From Acidobacteria bacterium RIFCSPLOWO2_12_FULL_54_10 (GTDB lineage Bacteria > Acidobacteriota > Terriglobia > 2-12-FULL-54-10): a stretch of DNA of 64,000 nt. The position numbers were made by a program, and so were the translations under genes. Shown one piece after another: positions 59,802 to 64,000 of the stretch; the stretch's first letter is position 1; every line of letters begins with the position of its first letter. The stretch spans positions 2,845 through 66,844 of the forward strand of contig MEKX01000173.1 in the NCBI GenBank assembly GCA_001767075.1, in the 5' to 3' direction. Below the pieces are notes generated by a model. It saw only the letters and a program-made list of their open reading frames with translations. It was not told where the DNA came from and did no database searches.

Positions 59802-60248
59802 CGAGGCGTGCAGACCGGGTGATCGCTCCGCTTCCAAAAACGGGGAGGAAAGTCCGGACTCCACAGGGCAGTGTGCTGGCTAACGGCCAGGATTCGTTGG
59901 TCCTATTGCTTCTTCGGAGGCGACGGGACTGGCGGGTACGGAAAGCGCAACAGAAAATATACCGCCCCGGCTTGCCGGGGTAAGGGTGAAATGGTGCGGC
60001 CCCTTCACGGGGGATTAAAGTAAGAGCGCACCGCTTGGGTGGCGACGCCCAAGGCATGGCAAACCCCACACGGAGCAAGACCAAATAGGAGGGGAGGAGC
60101 GGCCCGCTCCGCAAACTCGTCCGGCAACGGGCGGGAGGTAACTCTCGGGTAGGTTGCTAGAGCTTGTGAGCAATCACAAGCCCAGAGGAATGATCGCCGT
60201 CCTGGCTTGCTGGGACACAGAATCCGGCTTATAGGCCTGCTCGCCTCG
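59802..60248 (+). ncRNA. rnpB: RNase P RNA, bacterial type A
   Basis: Universal P4 elements GGAGGAAAGTCCGG and ACAGAATCCGGCTTA. P1 pairing cgaggcgtgcag.../...ggcctgctcgcctcg. About 447 nt. Track ORF 59722..60114 is antisense noise. Confidence 0.88.
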
Positions 60249-60262
60249 TAATTTTTCCAGCA

Positions 60263-61330
60263 TCATTCCTTATCTTTGTCCGAACCAATCCATCCTTGGC
60301 GGCGGAAGTAAAGCACCATGCCAATGCCAGCCACAGCCATCACTAGCAACAATATCGGATAGGCATATCGGAAGTGCAGTTCCGGCATATATTCGAAATT
60401 CATGCCATAAATCCCAGCGATAAACGTCAGCGGTATGAAAATGCTAGCCATGATGGTGAGCACTTTCATAATCTCGTTGGTACGGTTGCTCACCGCAGAC
60501 AGGTAAGTGTTCGTAATGGAGCCGACGATCTCGCGGTAGGACTCGATCACGTCGGCGATTTGCAGGCAGTGATCATGGCAATCCCGCAGATAAACTCGCA
60601 CCAAATCGCTGATGAGCGGATGGGGGTCTCGCAAAAGGGAGTTGATCGCGTCCCTTTGAGGCCATATAACACGCCTGAGTATTAGCAATGTTTTCCTAGC
60701 CTGGTTCGATTCTTGCATGATTTGCGGGGTAGGCGCATCCAGCGCATCCTGTTCAAGAGTAGCGAGGTCTTCCCCCAGCTCCTCCAGCACGGGAAAGAAA
60801 CCGTCAATGACAGCATCCAGGATCGAGTAGGCAAGGTACCCTGCACCCTCATGCCGGATCGGACCTTTCTCGTTTCGAATCCGCTCGCGCAACGGGTCCA
60901 GGACATCCCCGTAGTTTTCCTGAAATGTAAGAACGAAATTCTTGCCCAGGAACATGCTCACTTGCTCTACGTCCTGATCTGTATCAGGCCTCTTCTCGGC
61001 CATCCGCGTGATGAGAAATAGATAACCGTCGTAGGACTCTACTTTCGGGCGCTGGGGCACATTCACTACATCTGCCATCGCTAGCTTATGTAGGGAGAAG
61101 ATTTCGGCCAGCTTGTCCAGCACGGTGCGGTCGCCCAGCCCTTGAACATCCAGCCAAGTAACGTGAAATTCGCTGACGAGAGCAGGAATTAGGCTCAAGT
61201 CCTTCACGTCGAACTCCTTTAGCGACTCGGCGGAATAACTCATGGCGTGGATTTTAGGTTTGAGAGAATCCGGGCTGAGGATGTACGTGCCGGGCATTGA
61301 AGCGACCGGCGGATAACGTCTGCGAAACAT
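60263..61330 (-). CDS. corA: magnesium/cobalt transporter CorA
   Basis: C-terminal two TMs with the YGMNF motif (GIYGMNFEYMPEL). ATG 61330 has GGAGG 8 nt upstream and is preferred over the track start 61387. Confidence 0.88.
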   Translation of the reverse strand: MFRRRYPPVASMPGTYILSPDSLKPKIHAMSYSAESLKEFDVKDLSLIPALVSEFHVTWLDVQGLGDRTVLDKLAEIFSLHKLAMADVVNVPQRPKVESYDGYLFLITRMAEKRPDTDQDVEQVSMFLGKNFVLTFQENYGDVLDPLRERIRNEKGPIRHEGAGYLAYSILDAVIDGFFPVLEELGEDLATLEQDALDAPTPQIMQESNQARKTLLILRRVIWPQRDAINSLLRDPHPLISDLVRVYLRDCHDHCLQIADVIESYREIVGSITNTYLSAVSNRTNEIMKVLTIMASIFIPLTFIAGIYGMNFEYMPELHFRYAYPILLLVMAVAGIGMVLYFRRQGWIGSDKDKE

Positions 61331-61495
61331 TGCTGATGCCTCCAAGATATTCCTGGCAAGTGCGAAATGCCGGGCTTTTTTCTCCATGCCCCGTTCAAGA
61401 AGCTTTACACAGAGCCTAGCATAGACTTCAGCAGATTGGCTGCATCGCTACAATAGAATTAAATTTTCAATGGCTGATACAGATCAAGTAGCATC

Positions 61496-63628
61496 TCATC
61501 GCCGTGGCCGGATATTCCTCATCATTTGGAAGATATCGCGAATCCGGCTGTTCTTCGGAAAATCTTCCCAGCAGTATCGAGCCTTTCTGCGCCAGTTTGG
61601 GCGTTCCCAGCTTGTTGCCGGAATGTTTTGCGGTTCCGTCTCAAACCACAAATCTTCAAAGTTTATCAGTACCACCTGCGCTGAACTTTGTGCCAGCCAT
61701 TCTATAGATCGCCGCAACAAATCATCAGGCTCATCCCAATTCCGCGCACCCGGAGAATCTCCGCAAAGATATGCTGCTAATGCTTCCCTCATTCGCCAAC
61801 GCTGGTCATATTCGTTGTTCACCTGATGTGGTTGCAGGAGACCATGCTGAATACGGTCTTGGATATCCGAGCCTCGCAGGAATGCTGTGAAGGGAGGCAT
61901 ATCATGCGTGTTCAAGCTGGCCACGGAATTTTCCGTCACTGGCGCTAATGCCTCACTCGCTCCGGGTTGGATCATGCATTGCAGGATATTCATTTTCAGC
62001 GCGCCGTGCTGGTCCATCGATGTCCTGACATAGTCCGGAACGACTCCCAAATCTTCGCCCACTACTGGAACTCCGAAGCGATGCGATTCCAGACCCAGGA
62101 TCGCATAAGTTTCTTCAGCTCTATATCGGACATATACCCCCTCTTCCGTCGAGATTCCCTTGGGTATCCAATACAAGCGATGCAGCCCCATGATGTGATC
62201 AACGCGCAGCATGCCTGCATGAGCCATCTGGTGCCGCAAGCACGCAATCAAATATGTGTAGCCCTGTTCGCGGATTTTTTCTGGATGGAGCGGCGGGAAG
62301 CCCCAGTTTTGCCCTTTGGTAAAAAGCAGATCGACGGGAGCGCCACCGGAGGCATCCAGCGCAAACAAATCTCGATGTCTCCAAACATCGTAACCGTCCC
62401 GGTTAACGCCCAGCGGAAAATCCAAATACAAACGCACACCGGATTTACGTGCGCCATCGGCGAGGTTTCGTACCTGCGTTTCAGCCAGCCATTGAACGTA
62501 AAGATGGTAGTGTTTACTCTGCTGGTCGTAATCATTTTCCCCGATAACACCATTGCGCAAGCGCTCTGACCACTGCGGCCAAGGTGTCTGCTGCCGCTCA
62601 ATGACAGCGCGAAACTCCGCATAGTCTTGAAGCCAGGGATGAGATTTTACATGGCTGTGAAATTCTTGATAGCGATCAGGCTTGTTGTCCTCAAGCCGCC
62701 TCGCCAGTTCTTCCAGCACGCGACGTTTCGCTGCCATTTGGCTGCGGTAGTCGATCAGCGGTTCTTCACGCAGTCGTTGAATTTCTTTTTGAAAGGCTCC
62801 AGAAGCCAATAACGATTGGGCTGCGGAGCAGTTTGCAAATTCGGGGGCTCGTTCAGGATCAATGTAAAACTCATTCCTAAATAAACGGCTGGCAGGCGAA
62901 TAGGGACTGTGATCATAAATACCGCCATCTAGAAATGAAGCAAGAAACGGCAGCGTGGATAGGACACCGCCACCTTGCTGCGCGATCCAATGCATGAGGG
63001 TTTCGAAGTCCGAGAAATCACCCGCACCCCAGCTTCTATTGGTATGGAAGGCATACATGGGAAGGAACACGCCCCAGAGTTTTTGGAGATCGTTGAACAT
63101 CTTACTAGGAGCTGAAATTAGGAGTGACTCGGCGACTTCGCCATTCACTTCAAGATGAAGTCTGTGATAACCAAAAGGCAGTTTTGGGAGGGAAATCTGC
63201 ACCAAAAAGTACTCGGTTCCCTCGGTTCCCTCGGTTCTCTCGGTTCCTTCGGTTGTGATCTGGTCAGGGCTAAAAAAAAGACGATTTTCGTCGCCATTTT
63301 CCAAGAGGATTTGGCAACCGAGTTTACTCCGGGGATGACGAGAACTGAGACGCACGCTGATTTTAGGTGTCTCGCCATCCCAGGCGACTGACACGGGCTC
63401 GAGCATCTTCTGCCAGTCCAGCAAATTTTTCTCGCGCAGAGCGCTGGGGACGTCATCCAGTTTTTCAACCGGAGCGCCCAAGGCACGGAGCGTGGCCAGC
63501 AACGCATCCGCAGTGGCCTGTTTGGTGCGACCGAAAACGTCGCGATAGGAAGTTTGAATTCGGTATGACCGCGCCAACTTTCGAAGACGGTGAATGGGCA
63601 GGCCGGGATGGTTAGGCAGGTCGATCAT
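61496..63628 (-). CDS. malQ: 4-alpha-glucanotransferase (amylomaltase, GH77) with long N-terminal extension
   Basis: 710 aa. GH77 core (RVDHIMGLHRLYWIP, GEDLGVVP, HDMPP). N-terminal about 190-aa domain contains the TEGTERTEGTEGTE repeat. Confidence 0.85.
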   Translation of the reverse strand: MIDLPNHPGLPIHRLRKLARSYRIQTSYRDVFGRTKQATADALLATLRALGAPVEKLDDVPSALREKNLLDWQKMLEPVSVAWDGETPKISVRLSSRHPRSKLGCQILLENGDENRLFFSPDQITTEGTERTEGTEGTEYFLVQISLPKLPFGYHRLHLEVNGEVAESLLISAPSKMFNDLQKLWGVFLPMYAFHTNRSWGAGDFSDFETLMHWIAQQGGGVLSTLPFLASFLDGGIYDHSPYSPASRLFRNEFYIDPERAPEFANCSAAQSLLASGAFQKEIQRLREEPLIDYRSQMAAKRRVLEELARRLEDNKPDRYQEFHSHVKSHPWLQDYAEFRAVIERQQTPWPQWSERLRNGVIGENDYDQQSKHYHLYVQWLAETQVRNLADGARKSGVRLYLDFPLGVNRDGYDVWRHRDLFALDASGGAPVDLLFTKGQNWGFPPLHPEKIREQGYTYLIACLRHQMAHAGMLRVDHIMGLHRLYWIPKGISTEEGVYVRYRAEETYAILGLESHRFGVPVVGEDLGVVPDYVRTSMDQHGALKMNILQCMIQPGASEALAPVTENSVASLNTHDMPPFTAFLRGSDIQDRIQHGLLQPHQVNNEYDQRWRMREALAAYLCGDSPGARNWDEPDDLLRRSIEWLAQSSAQVVLINFEDLWFETEPQNIPATSWERPNWRRKARYCWEDFPKNSRIRDIFQMMRNIRPRR
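63213..63254. repeat. 9-bp tandem repeat tcggttcyc x ~4.7 inside malQ
   Basis: Plus strand tcggttccc tcggttccc tcggttctc tcggttcct tcggtt. Encodes (TEG/TER) repeats. Reverse complement of the unit at 25265-25290. Confidence 0.8.
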
Positions 63629-63823
63629 GTGTTACGAAAATCGTAACTGATTTGATTGACTGGCGGAAGTAAAAGGAAGATTGATTAAAAATAAAAAAGG
63701 AAGAAGGGTTTCTCAAAAAAATTATTCGTCAAGCACCTACTTCCAAATTCGAGCGTTTACCAAGTCGCTGTATCGCCGACCGCGACTACATTGTCTTTCT
63801 TGACCGACATAGCTATAGCGCGG

Positions 63824-64000
63824 TCAGGGTTTTACGACCGAGATGGTGGCCAGGCGGTCGGCGTTGCTGAGGATGCCGTTCTGCAACAGTCTGATCTGCA
63901 CGGCGTCTCCCGTGGCGCGGTGGACGGCACCACGGCGTTGACCTGATACAAGCCCGCGCAGCACGGCGCCAGCCCATCGTAGGCCACGGACGCATTGACA
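63824..64000 (-). pseudogene. 3' end of a third TIGR03437-like C-terminal-domain gene (continues beyond the right edge), apparently frameshifted
   Basis: One frame gives VNASVAYDGLAPCCAGLYQVNAVVPSTAPR. The family-typical end GDAVQIRLLQNGILSNADRLATISVVKP* is in the -1 frame, switching at a GGG run (plus CCC 63909-63911). Higher GC than the neighbouring DNA. Confidence 0.45.

Noticed and set aside
59722-60114. 130-aa - strand ORF and 75-aa + strand ORF
   Set aside because: Both lie entirely within the RNase P RNA gene (conserved GGAGGAAAGTCCGG and ACAGAATCCGGCTTA elements). They are not coding.

Overview
The window looks like a chromosomal segment from an Acidobacteriota-like bacterium. The lineage call rests on two protein families that, as I recall, are acidobacterial signatures: VWFA-related TIGR03436-type proteins, and three copies of a Solibacter-type C-terminal domain (TIGR03437-type). 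I ran no database search; all calls come from reading the translations and the DNA. GC content is moderate, and visibly lower at about 27.7-29.6 kb and 33-62 kb than in the first 27 kb.

The content is mostly housekeeping genes, about 60 CDS:
- murJ, K+ transport, and iscS-iscA plus a second nifS-like gene cut by the left edge
- pyrF, a SulP permease, hemW, a UvrD-type helicase-nuclease, a CDF transporter
- a trans-sulfuration enzyme, cutA, a phosphohexomutase, ftsB, a formimidoyltransferase
- the ffs-dnaX-ybaB-recR block, pyrG-kdsA-kdsD, thrB-thrC, korAB
- groES-groEL with a CIRCE operator, tRNA-Ser(GGA), RNase P RNA, corA, malQ

I see no CRISPR array, intact IS or transposase, integrase or prophage genes.

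Leads worth a second look:
1. An RsrA-like soluble zinc anti-sigma/ECF sigma pair sits directly upstream of two exported Cys/His mini-protein paralogues.
2. A cytoplasmic signalling cluster combines a PAS hybrid kinase, an 85-aa DHp-only protein, a REC-HD-GYP protein, an NtrC-type activator with a GAFTDA loop, and an HDOD protein.
3. A composite intergenic repeat occurs in three same-orientation copies that bracket two cassettes. One cassette holds a 36-codon single-TM ORF enclosed by a perfect 16-bp long-range inverted repeat.
4. Two of the three propeller/TIGR03437-type paralogues carry single-base frameshifts in short G/C runs.
5. dnaX has an in-frame A_AAA_AAG heptamer at the E. coli-equivalent position.
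6. The same 9-bp tandem repeat unit is embedded in frame in two unrelated genes.

Several start codons are non-ATG or ambiguous (TTG for murJ, the channel, SulP, dnaX, kdsD and thrB). Start coordinates are therefore less certain than stops.
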